Shown here: positions 12,402 through 24,100 of the stretch, piece by piece
Layout: each line of letters begins with the position of its first letter
Position numbering within the stretch: the first letter of the stretch is position 1
NCBI GenBank assembly: GCA_963803435.1
Contig: CAWDML010000012.1
Location: forward strand, 32,001-96,000
Origin: an uncultured delta proteobacterium
Lineage (GTDB): Bacteria > Myxococcota > Kuafuiibacteriia > Kuafuiibacteriales > Kuafuiibacteriaceae
Direction: 5' to 3'
Length of the DNA stretch: 64,000 nt
Translations under genes and position numbers: made by a program
The notes under the pieces: generated by a model
Told to the model about the DNA's origin: nothing
The model's database searches: none
Seen by the model: only the letters and a program-made list of their open reading frames with translations

Positions 12402-14335
12402 ACCGTCTCGTCCTTCTCTTCGCCCCGCTCCTCTGCGCGTGCGTGACCGACCCCGGCCATCTGCACGACGGGGTCAATCGTTCGCTCGTCGAGCTGGCCC
12501 ATCGCGTCGCGCCCGACGCGGGGGCGGTGATCCTCTTCGATCGCAGCTACGTCCAGCACGACGTTCTCGGCGGATACGCGATCACGGCGTACGAGCACGA
12601 GCGCGCGGTGCTCATCAACAGCGAGGCCGGGCTCGCCGAGGCCGCGATCGACATTCCCTACCCGGAGAAGGTCACGTTCGTGGCGCTCTCGGCCGACATC
12701 GACCTCCCGGACGGGCGGCGGATCGAGCTCTCCAACACCGAGATCTTCGATCACGAGATCAGCCGCTCGGCGGGAGCAGAGCCGCTGGTCAGCCGGGCCC
12801 GCTCCTTCGCGTTCCCGGAGGTGACGCCCGGGGCGGTGCTCTCGTACCGCTATGTGCTCAACTTCGACGGTTACACGACGGACCTCCACGAGGCGGTGGC
12901 TCCCGACCTCCCGGTGCTGGAGGCGCGCCACGAGGCCTGCCTCTCCGACTCGCTGGTGTTCCTGGTCGATCAGAGCGGCTTCGATCTGCTGAAGCACGAC
13001 CACGAGGGGGACTGCGTCCACTATGTATGGGTGCTGTCCAAGCCTCACCTGATCCCGCCACCCGAGCCGTTTGCGGAGCTTCCGGGGCGCCGGACGCCGT
13101 GGATCTGGGGGGATGTCACCGACCGGGCGCTGGTCGTCGACCGTCTGGGGTTCGATCGGGTCCGCGTGGTCCTGGGCAAGGGCCGCGACTGGAAGAGTGT
13201 CGGCCGCGCGATCGCGAGCTGGATCGAGGACGACAGCGATGATCCGCTGCCGAGGCTGACCACGACCTCGACCGCGATCGAGACGCGCGTCGCCGCGGCG
13301 TATCACTTCGTCCAGGACTCGGTCGCGCTCCGGGCCTCGCTGAAGCCGGCGCAGCACGACCATGTCGACGCCATCCTGAGGCGCGGCTACGGCACGTCGA
13401 AGGAGGCCACCCGCGTGCTGCGCGCGCTGCTGCGGCGCGAGCGCGGGCTCTCCGTGAGCCTGGTCTTCGCGCCCAAGGAAGACATGCCGGACCCCAACCC
13501 GAAGGCGCCGAGCTTCGAGGTCATCGGCGGCATCCCGATGCTGCTCGTCGAGCACGGGGATCGATCGTGGTGGCTCGACGTCGGGTGCCACAACTGCGCC
13601 GCCGGACAGTATCGGTCCGAGGCCCAGGGTCGCTGGGCGCTGGTGGTCCACCCGCGCCCCGACCAGATCGAGATGGTCCAGATCCCGTGGCAGTGGACGC
13701 CGGCCGCGGAGACCTCCGTCGAGCTCGAGCTCGCGGTCTCGGGGCGCCGCCTGGTGGCGCGCAGGTGCAAGCTGGAGGCGCGCGGGATGAGGGCCACCAG
13801 CCTCCGGAATCGAGCGCACGCGATGGGCGATCCGGCGGGGATCGATCACCTCGTGAAGGATTGGTTCGGCCTCGAGCCGGAGCCGGGCAAGGCCACGATC
13901 CGAAACCTCGACGATCGGGATCGGGTGCTGCACGCCGAGGTCGAGGGCGGGATCATTGCGGACACCGAGCTGGTCTCGACGCCCGATCGGCTGTGGCTGT
14001 CGCTCGCGGACACGGTCCCGCTCGGTCACCTCGAGGGCCTCGGACCGACCCGCCACACCCCGCTCCGCTTCGAGCGCCCGCCCAGCCTCCGTCTGGTGCT
14101 CACCGTCGAGGCGCCGGAGGGTCTGCATCCCAAGGTGTGGCCCCGAGCCCAGTCGATCGAGACGCGGTTCGGTGGCTATCGCCTCGAGGTGACGCCCCAC
14201 GAGACCGGGATCGCGCTCTCGGAGACGCTCGAGATCCGCGCGCCCGAGATCACAGTGGCCGAATATCCGGAGCTCCGGGCCTTCGTGGCGCAGATCCTGG
14301 CGGCCCGGCGCGCCCCGCTCGGCTTCGGCCGCTAG
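12398..14335 (+). CDS. DUF3857/transglutaminase-like paralog, catalytic Cys and His apparently lost
   Basis: FPEVTPGAVLSYRY, AAYHFVQD, GYGTSKE in place of GYGDCKD; GTGA overlap with upstream gene. Confidence 0.78.
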   Translation: MNRLVLLFAPLLCACVTDPGHLHDGVNRSLVELAHRVAPDAGAVILFDRSYVQHDVLGGYAITAYEHERAVLINSEAGLAEAAIDIPYPEKVTFVALSADIDLPDGRRIELSNTEIFDHEISRSAGAEPLVSRARSFAFPEVTPGAVLSYRYVLNFDGYTTDLHEAVAPDLPVLEARHEACLSDSLVFLVDQSGFDLLKHDHEGDCVHYVWVLSKPHLIPPPEPFAELPGRRTPWIWGDVTDRALVVDRLGFDRVRVVLGKGRDWKSVGRAIASWIEDDSDDPLPRLTTTSTAIETRVAAAYHFVQDSVALRASLKPAQHDHVDAILRRGYGTSKEATRVLRALLRRERGLSVSLVFAPKEDMPDPNPKAPSFEVIGGIPMLLVEHGDRSWWLDVGCHNCAAGQYRSEAQGRWALVVHPRPDQIEMVQIPWQWTPAAETSVELELAVSGRRLVARRCKLEARGMRATSLRNRAHAMGDPAGIDHLVKDWFGLEPEPGKATIRNLDDRDRVLHAEVEGGIIADTELVSTPDRLWLSLADTVPLGHLEGLGPTRHTPLRFERPPSLRLVLTVEAPEGLHPKVWPRAQSIETRFGGYRLEVTPHETGIALSETLEIRAPEITVAEYPELRAFVAQILAARRAPLGFGR

Positions 14336-14429
14336 CGTACCTCCACGCAGATCCACGTACGCGGCGCGCCGATCGGTCCTCCCGACGTCCGATGTGCGAT
14401 CCCCGTCGGAGACCCGAGTTTGCTCACCC

Positions 14430-16610
14430 ATGGGTGCGCAGAGAGGCTGGCCGTTGCTGTTCTTGGTGCTCGGCCTCGGATGCTCCGAGGAGCTGGGAGT
14501 CATGCGCGGCAACGCCGAGCTGAAGATCGATCCCGCCGAGGTCGACTTCGGTGACGTGGCGCTGGGATTGCAGCATCGAGTTCAGCTCGAGCTTCGCAAC
14601 ACGGGTGACGTTCCACTCTCGATCAGCACCGCCCTCGACGACACGCTCGGCGCCGAATTCACCCTCGAAGGTGTCCCCGATCAGCTCTCGAGCGGCGCCC
14701 GCACCACCATCATGCTCGCGTTCGCGCCGACTTCGCCCGGGGTCCGCGAGGGGAACCTGACCTTCACCACCGACTCTCCGAGCAAACCCACGGTCGTCGT
14801 GCACGTGAAGGGCCGCGGCGTCCCGCCGGCGCTCGTCGCCGACCCTGCGGTGCTCGACTTCGGCCGCGTGATCATCGGGAAGACCGCAACGCAGGCGGTC
14901 ACGCTCACCAACTCCGCCGACTTCCAGATCGAGGTCGTCCGCGCTCAGCTGGAGGCCTCCGGCGAGTTCACGATCGAGCTCCCGCGTACGTTCCTGGATC
15001 CCGGCGAGCGCCTCGATCTCGTGGTGACGTACACCCCGGGCGACATCGGCGTGGACGAGGGTCGGATCGTGGTGATCGACAACTCGCCACGGGCCGAGGC
15101 GCTCGGAGTCCGGCTCCGCGGCGAAGGTGTCGACTCCGACATTCTGGTCGAGCCGCTGCAGCTCACCTTCTCGCAGATCTACGCCGGTCAGAATCAGACG
15201 CAGTCGTTCACGATCCGAAACCTCGGCGATCGCGCCCACGACGTCTCCGAGGTGCTCTTCGCCTCGAACCGCAGCACCACGGCGGGCGAATTCACCATCG
15301 ACCCGGCCACCCTCCCCTCACAGCCCTTCACGCTGTCGCCCGGCCAGACGCGGCAGGTCGACGTGGTGTTCCGTCCGACGGACGCCGGCGCTGATTCGGA
15401 CGCGATCCGCGTGGTGTCCACCGGCCTCGTGCTGCCTGCCACCGTCGTCATCTCCGCCACCACCGATCCTGCGCCGACGCCGCGGATCCAGGTGATGCCG
15501 GCCTCCCTGGCGTTCGGCCAGGTCGAGGTCTCGCAACCGCGCCCGCTCGACATCACCATCAGCAACGCTGGGACCGCGGATCTCCAGCTCACCGCCGACC
15601 TCGCGATCGACCCGCCGACCGCGCCGTTCACGATCCAGAACGGGCCGGCGAACGGCTTCACGTACCGGCCCACCGACAACACCACCTTCCAGGTGGTCTT
15701 CACGCCGTCGATCGCGGGCGCGATCTCCGCCGATCTCGTGATCACCTCCAACGATCCGGCGACGCCCACCGTGCGGGTTCCGCTCGGCGGTGAGGGCATC
15801 AACACGCAGGTGCCCGCGATCTTCGTGAGCCCCAACCCGATCGACTTCGGGCGCGTGCCCCGCGCCACCAACGCGTCGCGCTCGGTGCTCGTGCGCAACG
15901 ACGGCACCGCGCCGCTGACGCTCTCGATGGTCCGCCTCCCGAACGACGCGGGCGGCCGCTTCCGTCTCCCCTCACCGCCGGCGGCCGGCGCCACGCTCAA
16001 CCCGGGCACCCAGCTCAACTTCGCCGTCGAGTACTTCGACAACGGCGTGGTCGCGACCTACAACGGCGTGCTCGAGATCCAGTCGAACGATCCGATGGGC
16101 ACCGTCACCGTGCCGCTGATGGCCGCCACCGATCCGCCGCCGCCGGCGCTGACCGACATCTCGATCACGCTCACCTGGACGAGCTCGATGGCCGACATGG
16201 ACCTCCACCTGCTGCGACCCGGCGACGGTTCGTTCTTCGACTCCCCGACCGACTGCTGCTACTGCAACACCAACCCGGACTGGGGCGTGATGGGTCAGGC
16301 CTCCGATAACCCGTTCCTCGATCGCGACGATCTGGCCGGACCGGGCCCAGAGAACATCAACCTCAGCGTCGCCCAGGACGGCGAGTACCAGGTCGTCGTC
16401 CACTACTTCGCCAGCCACGGCGCCGGCGACGTCAGCGCCACCGTGCAAGTGCGCGTCCACGGCACGTTGATCGCCACCCGAACCGCGAACCTCGCCGAGC
16501 TCGATCGCTGGGTCGCTGGTCGCGTCACCTGGAGCACGGCGGTCAACGCCGGCACGTGGAGCAACGGACTGCTCGGGCCCTTCCCTACGATCTTCAGCTT
16601 CTGCTTCTAA
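14430..16610 (+). CDS. Lipoprotein with ~5 ASH/choice-of-anchor-D Ig-like repeats and a C-terminal DUF2135/YfaP-like domain
   Basis: Repeated P..(L/I/V)DFG.V...N.G...L; C-terminal DMDLHL...LDRDD..GPENI...Y.V.VHYF. Confidence 0.82.
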   Translation: MGAQRGWPLLFLVLGLGCSEELGVMRGNAELKIDPAEVDFGDVALGLQHRVQLELRNTGDVPLSISTALDDTLGAEFTLEGVPDQLSSGARTTIMLAFAPTSPGVREGNLTFTTDSPSKPTVVVHVKGRGVPPALVADPAVLDFGRVIIGKTATQAVTLTNSADFQIEVVRAQLEASGEFTIELPRTFLDPGERLDLVVTYTPGDIGVDEGRIVVIDNSPRAEALGVRLRGEGVDSDILVEPLQLTFSQIYAGQNQTQSFTIRNLGDRAHDVSEVLFASNRSTTAGEFTIDPATLPSQPFTLSPGQTRQVDVVFRPTDAGADSDAIRVVSTGLVLPATVVISATTDPAPTPRIQVMPASLAFGQVEVSQPRPLDITISNAGTADLQLTADLAIDPPTAPFTIQNGPANGFTYRPTDNTTFQVVFTPSIAGAISADLVITSNDPATPTVRVPLGGEGINTQVPAIFVSPNPIDFGRVPRATNASRSVLVRNDGTAPLTLSMVRLPNDAGGRFRLPSPPAAGATLNPGTQLNFAVEYFDNGVVATYNGVLEIQSNDPMGTVTVPLMAATDPPPPALTDISITLTWTSSMADMDLHLLRPGDGSFFDSPTDCCYCNTNPDWGVMGQASDNPFLDRDDLAGPGPENINLSVAQDGEYQVVVHYFASHGAGDVSATVQVRVHGTLIATRTANLAELDRWVAGRVTWSTAVNAGTWSNGLLGPFPTIFSFCF

Positions 16611-16640
16611 TCCCGGCTTCGCTGATCTCATACTCGAGAC

Positions 16641-17213
16641 GTGCACGATCGTATCGCTACGATCGGCGCGACGGCGCTCCTCGTCGCCTGCGGCCAACCG
16701 AAGCTCTGCCCGACGCAGGTCTCGGTCGTCGATCCGTCGACCTTCACCGTGGTGCCGGAGGCGGACGATCCCTTCGAGACCACCACGTCCACGTCTTCGA
16801 TCCGCTGCACCGCGGACGACACCTTGATCGAAGATCTCGGTGACGGGGAGGTCACGTTCAGCCTCAATACGTTCAACTGCAATCGGGTCACGATGGAAGC
16901 GCCTCTGACGATGGACCTCCTGGCGGGTGAGACTGCTCAGCTCCGGATCTGGCATTTCGCGCTGTTTCCCTACGGCCAGACGGAGGCCTTGGTCGCCGTG
17001 GGATTGGAAGAGGCGACGATCTGGAGCCAGACGATCCCTCTCCCCACCGAGAGCGATCTCCTGGTCGCGGAGATTCCAATGACTCGAATGCTGGCCGCCG
17101 GAGAGCGAGTTCGCTGGCACGTCTCGAACCACGGCTCGAACTCGTGGAACTTCGTGGATCTATCGGTGACGCGCGATCGGGCGTGCCTCAATGATGAGCA
17201 CTCGCCACCGTAA
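16641..17213 (+). CDS. Lipoprotein of unknown function (paralog of 43679-44236)
   Basis: Lipobox LVAC; shared motif W.V.NHG.NSWNFVDL. Confidence 0.75.
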   Translation: MHDRIATIGATALLVACGQPKLCPTQVSVVDPSTFTVVPEADDPFETTTSTSSIRCTADDTLIEDLGDGEVTFSLNTFNCNRVTMEAPLTMDLLAGETAQLRIWHFALFPYGQTEALVAVGLEEATIWSQTIPLPTESDLLVAEIPMTRMLAAGERVRWHVSNHGSNSWNFVDLSVTRDRACLNDEHSPP

Positions 17214-17511
17214 CCTCGAACGGCCCGATCCGGATCACGTCGCCGAGTGCGAGGGCCTCGGCTCCCCGGACGAGCAGCCCGTTCAAATACGTACCGCTGG
17301 TACTCCCCAGATCCTCGATGGTGCAGCGCTCGCCGTCGTGGTGCACGCGCACGTGCCGCCGATCGGTCGCGACGTGCGGGATCGGGAGCGCGGTGTCCTT
17401 CCCGCGCCCGAGCACCAGGTCGTCGCCCGGCTTCACGCGCAGGCTCCAGCCCTCGTCGTTCACGAGCAGCAACGGACCGGCGTGGGTTCGTCTCTCGATC
17501 GCCACGATCAC
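17188..17511 (-). CDS. Stand-alone FHA-domain protein (degenerate)
   Basis: LGRG...RRH...IEDLGSTSGTYLNG...GDVIRIG; GTGA overlap with upstream gene. Confidence 0.85.
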   Translation of the reverse strand: MIVAIERRTHAGPLLLVNDEGWSLRVKPGDDLVLGRGKDTALPIPHVATDRRHVRVHHDGERCTIEDLGSTSGTYLNGLLVRGAEALALGDVIRIGPFEVTVASAHH

Positions 17512-18158
17512 TCCTCGTCTTTCAGCCTGAGCTTGGTCGGCTCGTCGAGCTCACCCGTCGGTGCCAGCGCATGCTCGACCTGGTAGCGCACCAGCGCCCG
17601 GCGGGTGGCGTCGTTCCACTCGCCGGTGATCGGTCCCGAGTTGTAGCCGGCGCGGAGCAAGCGGGCCTGCACTCCGGCCGTCGTCCCGAACGGGGGCAAC
17701 GGCCGATCGTAGGGCCACTGGTCGGCGTCGCTCGGCGCCCCCATCGGCACGAAGTCCTTCCCGGGCTCCAGGCCGTAGCGCTCGCGGACCGCGGTGCGCT
17801 CGGCCACCCAGTCACGCTCGGGAGCGTCGAGCTTGGGGAACGCGCGGACCAGCACCTCGTCGACGCCGACCCAGGGGCCCTCGCCCTCCTTCCAGAGGGT
17901 CAGGAGCTGGACCAGCGCGCGGGCCACGGGGACAGCGCTCCGCTCCGAGCGGGCGGCGGCGCGGAGCAGGAGGTTCAACGCGTCGGGCGCCGCCGGCTCC
18001 CACTCGAGCAGCCGATCCGCGAGATCCTTGGGCGGCATCTTCGCGATCTCGGGGATCAGCGCCTTCACCGGATCGAACGCACCCAGCTCACCGGCGCGGA
18101 TGGCGTCGTCGTCGTCTTGTACCTCGAGGAGGCGCGACTTGATCGTGCGCGCGTTCAT
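17508..18158 (-). CDS. Putative immunity/partner protein with C-terminal peptidoglycan-binding (PG_binding_1-like) domain
   Basis: ATGA overlap with toxin stop; C-terminal VQARLLRAGY..GPITGEW...TRRAL..YQ..H.L..TG.LD..T. Confidence 0.75.
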   Translation of the reverse strand: MNARTIKSRLLEVQDDDDAIRAGELGAFDPVKALIPEIAKMPPKDLADRLLEWEPAAPDALNLLLRAAARSERSAVPVARALVQLLTLWKEGEGPWVGVDEVLVRAFPKLDAPERDWVAERTAVRERYGLEPGKDFVPMGAPSDADQWPYDRPLPPFGTTAGVQARLLRAGYNSGPITGEWNDATRRALVRYQVEHALAPTGELDEPTKLRLKDEE

Positions 18159-21100
18159 GGCTGCCTCATGTCGGCGAACACCGTGCGCCCAGCGGTCGGA
18201 TCGGTCGGGACGATCATCGAGACCCTCACGTATCCCTGAGTGCCCGGTTCCGCCAGCTCCACCCGACCGCTTTGATCGATCCTCATCCCCGCGGTCAACT
18301 TGGCGCGGGAAGGATCGTCGGTCCGGGTGACGCCCGGCCCCTCGCGCGCCAGGATCGCCGCGGCCTGCTGGACCTGGGCCTCGCCCCAATCCGCCGGGAA
18401 CCAGGTGTGCCCGTCGGTGTGGATCCGATTGCCGGCCGGGAAGATGCCGCCCGTCCAAGCGTTCCCGTTCTGCTCGATGAAGTAGACGCGGTCGCTGGTC
18501 AGCCCGTAGTCCGCCGGCCTGGGCTCCTGTCCCGGATGCGGCGGCCGCGTTCCCGTGCGGTTGCGCTGCCAGGTCCGCCACGCCTCGCGGCGCTGGCGGT
18601 ACCCGGTCAGATCGTCGCGATAGCGCGTGAGCGTCTCGCGCGTGGTGCGCTCGTAGCCGCGGGCCTCCAGCTCTGCGACGTTGCCATAGCCGTGCCCACC
18701 GCCGACGAACCGATCGCCGCGGAAGTCTCCACCCTGCGCATGCCCGACCTCGGCCGCGCTGAGCTCGAGCGGACGGCCCGCGCTGGCGGTGGCCGGCTGA
18801 CCGACGGCCGGCGGCGGCGGCGGCAGCGAGCCCAGCTCGGCCCGCGTGTAGTCGAGCGGGATCGGCGTCGCGTTCATGAAGTCTTCGACGGTGAACGTCC
18901 GCCCGTTCTCCACGCCACCCAGCGCGCGGCCGTACTCGGCGGCCACGTCGGGCGTCAGCTCCACGTAGCCGTGCTCGAGCAGCTGATCAGCGATCAAGGA
19001 TCCGCGCTCCGACTGGCGCATGAGATATCCGGGGCGCCCGATGTGGTCGACGTCGGTACCGCCCTCGAAGAACTGCCGGAAGGTGGTGTCGATCAGGTAG
19101 CGCTTCCCGTTCGGCATCTCGGCGATCAGGAAGGCGTGGTTGAAGCCGCGGGTCCCGTCGGGCTGCGTGAAGACCTGGAACGCCTGCAGCGCGCGCAGGC
19201 GATCGGCGGGGATGCCGAGCTCGGTGAGCCGCGTCGCGGTCAGCGCCTGACCCATGCCGCAGAAGCCGGCCATCCGGTCGCAGGAGAAGGCCTCGTCGGG
19301 CGTCGCGTTCTCGTGACCGCGCATGGCCCGGCGCTCGGTGAGCAGCGCGTCGCGTGCCGCGTACACCGTGTCCTGCACCAGCGCCTCCGCGGCCGCGTCG
19401 CTCAGGCGGGCGCCGGGCGCCAGCGTGTCCAGCTCGGCGCGCGCCGCCTGCACCGCGTTCGGATCGGGCGGCGTGAGGTTCGGCTCGGGGCCCCGCATGA
19501 TCACACGGTTGGCGGCGGCGGGATCCCGCGCGGCCAGCGCCACGAACTGCGGATCCCGGGCCAGCACGGCCAGGCGATCTGGGTTGGGCGCCTCGCCGAA
19601 CGCGCTGACGAATTGATCCGGCGTCAGGTTCAAGAAGCTGTCCGCGACCTCCGGGTGCCCGGCGCGGAAGCGACGGAACGCCGCCTCGGGCGCGGTCTCG
19701 CCGCCGGGCCGCACCATCCCCGACTCCTCGAGCAGCGGGCGCGACTGCACCACGTCGCGCGCCAGCACCTCCGACGCGTTGCGCGAGAAGCCCATGCGCC
19801 GGGCCGTGTCCCGCGCCGCGTCCATGATCTCCGCGTTCGCCAGCGGATGCTCCGCGCCCGCCGCCACCTGTGCCCCGACGATCCGGCGCGAGGTCGTCCC
19901 CTGGAAGACCTCCGCCTGCATGGTCCGCACGGTTGCGTCCGCCGCGGCCTCGGAGAGCCCGACCTCGGTGATCAGCTGCTGCCGCACGCCGGCCCAGTGG
20001 CCCCGCATGTCGCTGCCCGCCGGCGTCTCGTCGAGAACGCCGCGGGCGTCGCCCAGCTCGGTGGCGAGGAAGGGCTCGAGGCGCGCCGCCTCGCGGGGCC
20101 CGATCGCCGGCGCCTGTCCGTCGGGGCCGGCGAGCTGCATCCGCGCCGAGATCTCGGCCGCCGCCGCCCGATCGCCCGCGAAGGACTCGGCCTGCACCAG
20201 GCTGTCGGTGAACGCGGAGCGCCCGTGCGCCTCCACCTGCGTCCGGGCCTGGTAGTGGAAGGTCCCCGCCAGCTGCTGCGCGGCGTCTCGGTACGCCTGG
20301 ACGCGCGAGGCGCCGCCGGCCTCGCCGCCGCGCGCCTGATAGAGCTGCTCGCCGGCCAGCTCGACCGCGCGCTGCACCATCGCCCGGTTCGGCGGACGAT
20401 CGGGAGAGAGCTCGTCTGGGCTCACCATCGCACCGACGCGATCGCGGGTGCTCGCGCCCTCGCCCGTTCGCTGCTCGCGGATCGCCTGCGTCAGCCCGAG
20501 CTCACCGGCACGCTGGACCCGGAGGCCCTCGACCGCACCGTCGATCATGTCGATCTGCGCGCGGCCCGGCTCCGTCGTGGGATCGATGCCCATCCGCTCG
20601 GCGAGCCGCGTCCGGAGACCCGAGACCTCCTCGACCGTGGGCATGCGCCCGCGGGTGCGCGACTGGAACGCGTCGATCTCGCGCAGGGCCGTCTGCTGCA
20701 GCTGGGCCCGCGACGACTGGGAGACGTCGCCCTCGTGGAGCGCGACCACGCCGTCCACCAGGTGCTCGGCGGCCGCCGTCGACTGCGCCCGCCGTCCCAT
20801 GCGCTGCATGCCACCGGCGAACCCGGCAGTGACGAACGCGCCCAGGACCACGTTCATCGCGGCCTGTGCGAACTCGCTGCGCTCGAGCCCGAGCGCGCGG
20901 GCGGCGGCGGGCACCACCACCATCGAGCCGCCGATCTGGAGCCCGGCCATGGCGAACTGCGGCCCGTAGAAGCGCGTGTGCGCGACGATGCTGCTCCAGC
21001 CCAGGCCTTCGCGGAGCGCCGCCCAGCTCACGTTGCGGGAGAGCGCGAGGCCCTCCTCGCCGATCACCGCCGCGCGACGACCCGCGGTGGCGAGCCCCGC

Positions 21101-24100
21101 GGCGCGCGCACCGGTCCCGATCGGGATGAAGTTGCTGGCGACCGCCACGAAGTTGGTGGCGCCGCTGTTCCCAAACGCGCGCCGTGCGGCGTAGTTGGCG
21201 CCCGCGACCACGCCTCCGACGGTGACTGCGACCGCGCCCGCGTGGAGCACCGGATGCACGGCGCGGAACGTGGCGATGCCGTCCGCGATCCGCGCCATCG
21301 TCCCCACGGTCTCCGCGACGCTGGCTGCCTCCAGCCCCACGCGCCCGGCGTTGGCCGCGTCCATCACGCCGCCCACCGACGAGGGCGCCGAGCCGCCGAG
21401 CGTGACGATCGCCAGCCCGATCTCGCCCACCGCGTTGATCCCGACGTACCACCACATCCCGTCGGTGGCGTCGTCCAGGTTCCGCTTGGCGTTGTTGAGC
21501 ATGAACTCCTGGTTGAACGTGATGACCGCCATCCGCTCGTCGCCGAGGGCCTGCATCGAGTCGGAGAAGCCGAGCACCGATCCGCCCAACGACTGGGCCA
21601 GCGGCGAGCCGGCGCCGTCCGAGGAGCTCGACGGCCAGGCCGACGCGCTGAAGACCGCCCACTCGTGCGTGTCGGCGCGCCCCTCCGGGAGGTAACCTTT
21701 GAAGAAGTCGCGCGACTGCTCGAATCTGGACATGGGCACCTGGATCGTCCGCATGTTGCTCATGCCGACGACCCGATAGCCGTTGAGAAACTGCATCGCG
21801 TGCCCGTCGCGACGCGCGGCCGAGAAGCCCTCTGCCAGATCGTCGGCCCCGCGGATCTGCTCGCCCGTGGTCCTGCGGTTCTGCTCGATCATCCGGTTGG
21901 CGCCGTCCTCGGCCCACCCCTGGACGTCGTCCTTCATGTCCTCGTAGCCGAGGCTGAACAGCCAGACCGCGCCGGTGATCACCGACGACATCTTCACGCT
22001 GTTGGCCTGGCCCTCGGCGCGCGCCATCGTCCCGGTCTGGGCGGCCGCCAGGTCGAAGCCGTTCTCCATCTGCTGCGCCGAGCGCCGGAACATTGCGGGG
22101 ACTTGATCGAGCGCGGCGTCGACGCGCTGGAGCAACGCGCGACCCCCGCGGACGCTCTCGGTGTCCGGCAGATCGGTGCGGTCGAGCAGGCGGTGGCTCT
22201 GCGCCAGCATCTCGTCCTGTGCCGTATCGTCCAGCTGGCCCGACTCGATGATCGGGACGAAGCGCGCATCGCTCCGCACGGTGCTCTGGATCGCCGCCGT
22301 CCCGATCTCGGCCCTGGCCTGACCCATCCGGGCGGCGTCACCGGTGAGATCGGCGTTGGCCACCTCCTCGGCGGTCCGCAGCTGATCGCGCGACACGCCC
22401 GGCCGATAGTCCGAGTTCGCCTGCGCCAGGTTCGACCGCTCGCGGACCACGCCGCTCGCCAGGCCGAGCCTGAGGTCGCCCTCGGGCAGGGCCGTGCGCG
22501 TGCGATCGGCGGTGTCGATGAGCGTCGCCGCCGTGTCGAGCCGATCGGTGGCGCCGGCGCGGCCCGGATCGCCGAGCGCGAGCGTGTTGGTCTCGGTGGT
22601 CCCGGTCCAGTATCGCGCCAGGTCGAGGCGGGCCGAGGCAATCTCGGCCATGCCGCGGTCGTCCGCCGGCGCATCCGGCGCGCGCGCGGCGTCGGCCCGG
22701 TCGAGCGCGATGGCGCCGGCGCGCGCGCTGTCGTCGCCCATGGTGCGCGTGCGGTCGTAGGCGTTCGCGATCCCGCTGGTCCGGCCGTCGCTGCCCAGGT
22801 GATTCGTCATCGCGGTGCGGACGCGCTCGGCATCCGCCTGATCGCGTACCTGCTGAGTCTCCAGCCCGCGCAGGAGATCGCGTCCGTCGGCGAGCCGCTG
22901 CTCGAGGACCTGACGTCCCGCGGTCGCGACCAGCGCCTGCGCATCCACCACGCGCTCGGCGGTGTCGGCGTCGCTGATCGCCTGATAGTCGCGGCGCTCC
23001 GCGCCCGAGGTCTGGAAGGTGCGTGTCCACGGGTCTGCGTTGTCGCGCTGGTCGTCGGACGCGCTCGCCTGCTCGTCCGCGCGCGTCTGGGCCTCGGTCT
23101 CGCCGGTGCGGGCGCTCTCGACACCGTCCTCGAGCTGGTCGACGACGTGCCCCTGCGCCTCGACTTGACGATCCGTCGCCAACGACGTCCCGAGCGACGC
23201 GTTGAACTCCTGCATGATCGTCGCGCGCTCGGACTGGAGGCGTCCGACCTCGGCCGCCGTGGCGCTGTCGAGGTCGGCGACCGGGCCGTAGAGCCCGAAT
23301 CCGCTCCATGATCGCCCGCGACTGCTCGGCCCGCGCGTCGAGATAGGCCTGCCGGTGGGCTTCGGTGGATGCGCTCCGCGGCGGCGGCGGTGCACCGTCC
23401 TCGCCGACCCGCTGGCCGTACGTCGATCGATCGACGTGGAGCTGATGGAACTGTGCGATCGCCCCCTGGCGCGCTGTCTCCAGCCCCAGCGTCGCCTGGC
23501 TGCGGCCGCCGTCGCCGTCGACGGTGCCGGCCTGGCCCAGCAGGCGTCCTGCGCCGCGGACCTGGTTGTGCGTATGCGTGCCGTCGTCGTCGCCGAGCTC
23601 GGCGGGGACGTCGTCCACCAGCGGCCCGTAGGTCCGACCCATCTCCTGGACCATCGCGCCGCCGGTCTCGATCTGGGCGCGCGCCGCCAGCCGGTAGGCG
23701 TCGCCGGCGCCGTTGAACCGCACCGCCTGGCGATAGTCGCCCTCGGCCTGTCCGATCCGCGCGCCGCGATCGCGGGCGTCCTGAGCCTGGCTCGACAGCC
23801 GATCGGCCGCCGCGGTGTCCCCGCGATCCCGCGCCTGCTGCGCCTGCGTCTCGAGCGTGGCTGCGCGCTCGACCATCGCCTGCCCGTTGCGGCCGGCGGA
23901 GTAGGTGCGCGCTCGATAGATGCCATGCAGACCGCGGCCGAGATCGTGATCGAGCGAGGCGCTCGCGTCGATCGCCGACTGGATCTCCGCACGCATCGGG
24001 TCGTCGGCGCCGAGCGTGCTCATGTGCTCGGTCATCGCCTGGCGCTCGGCCGCCATCGCGGAGCGGCGGGCGCCGATCAGGAACGTGAACGTGTTGGTCG

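Noticed and set aside
18272-23311. 1,679-aa plus-strand ORF, and other long Arg/Ala-rich ORFs such as 4320-5924, 12086-14512 and 48901-50718
   Set aside because: Antisense shadows of real high-GC genes; no motifs and atypical composition
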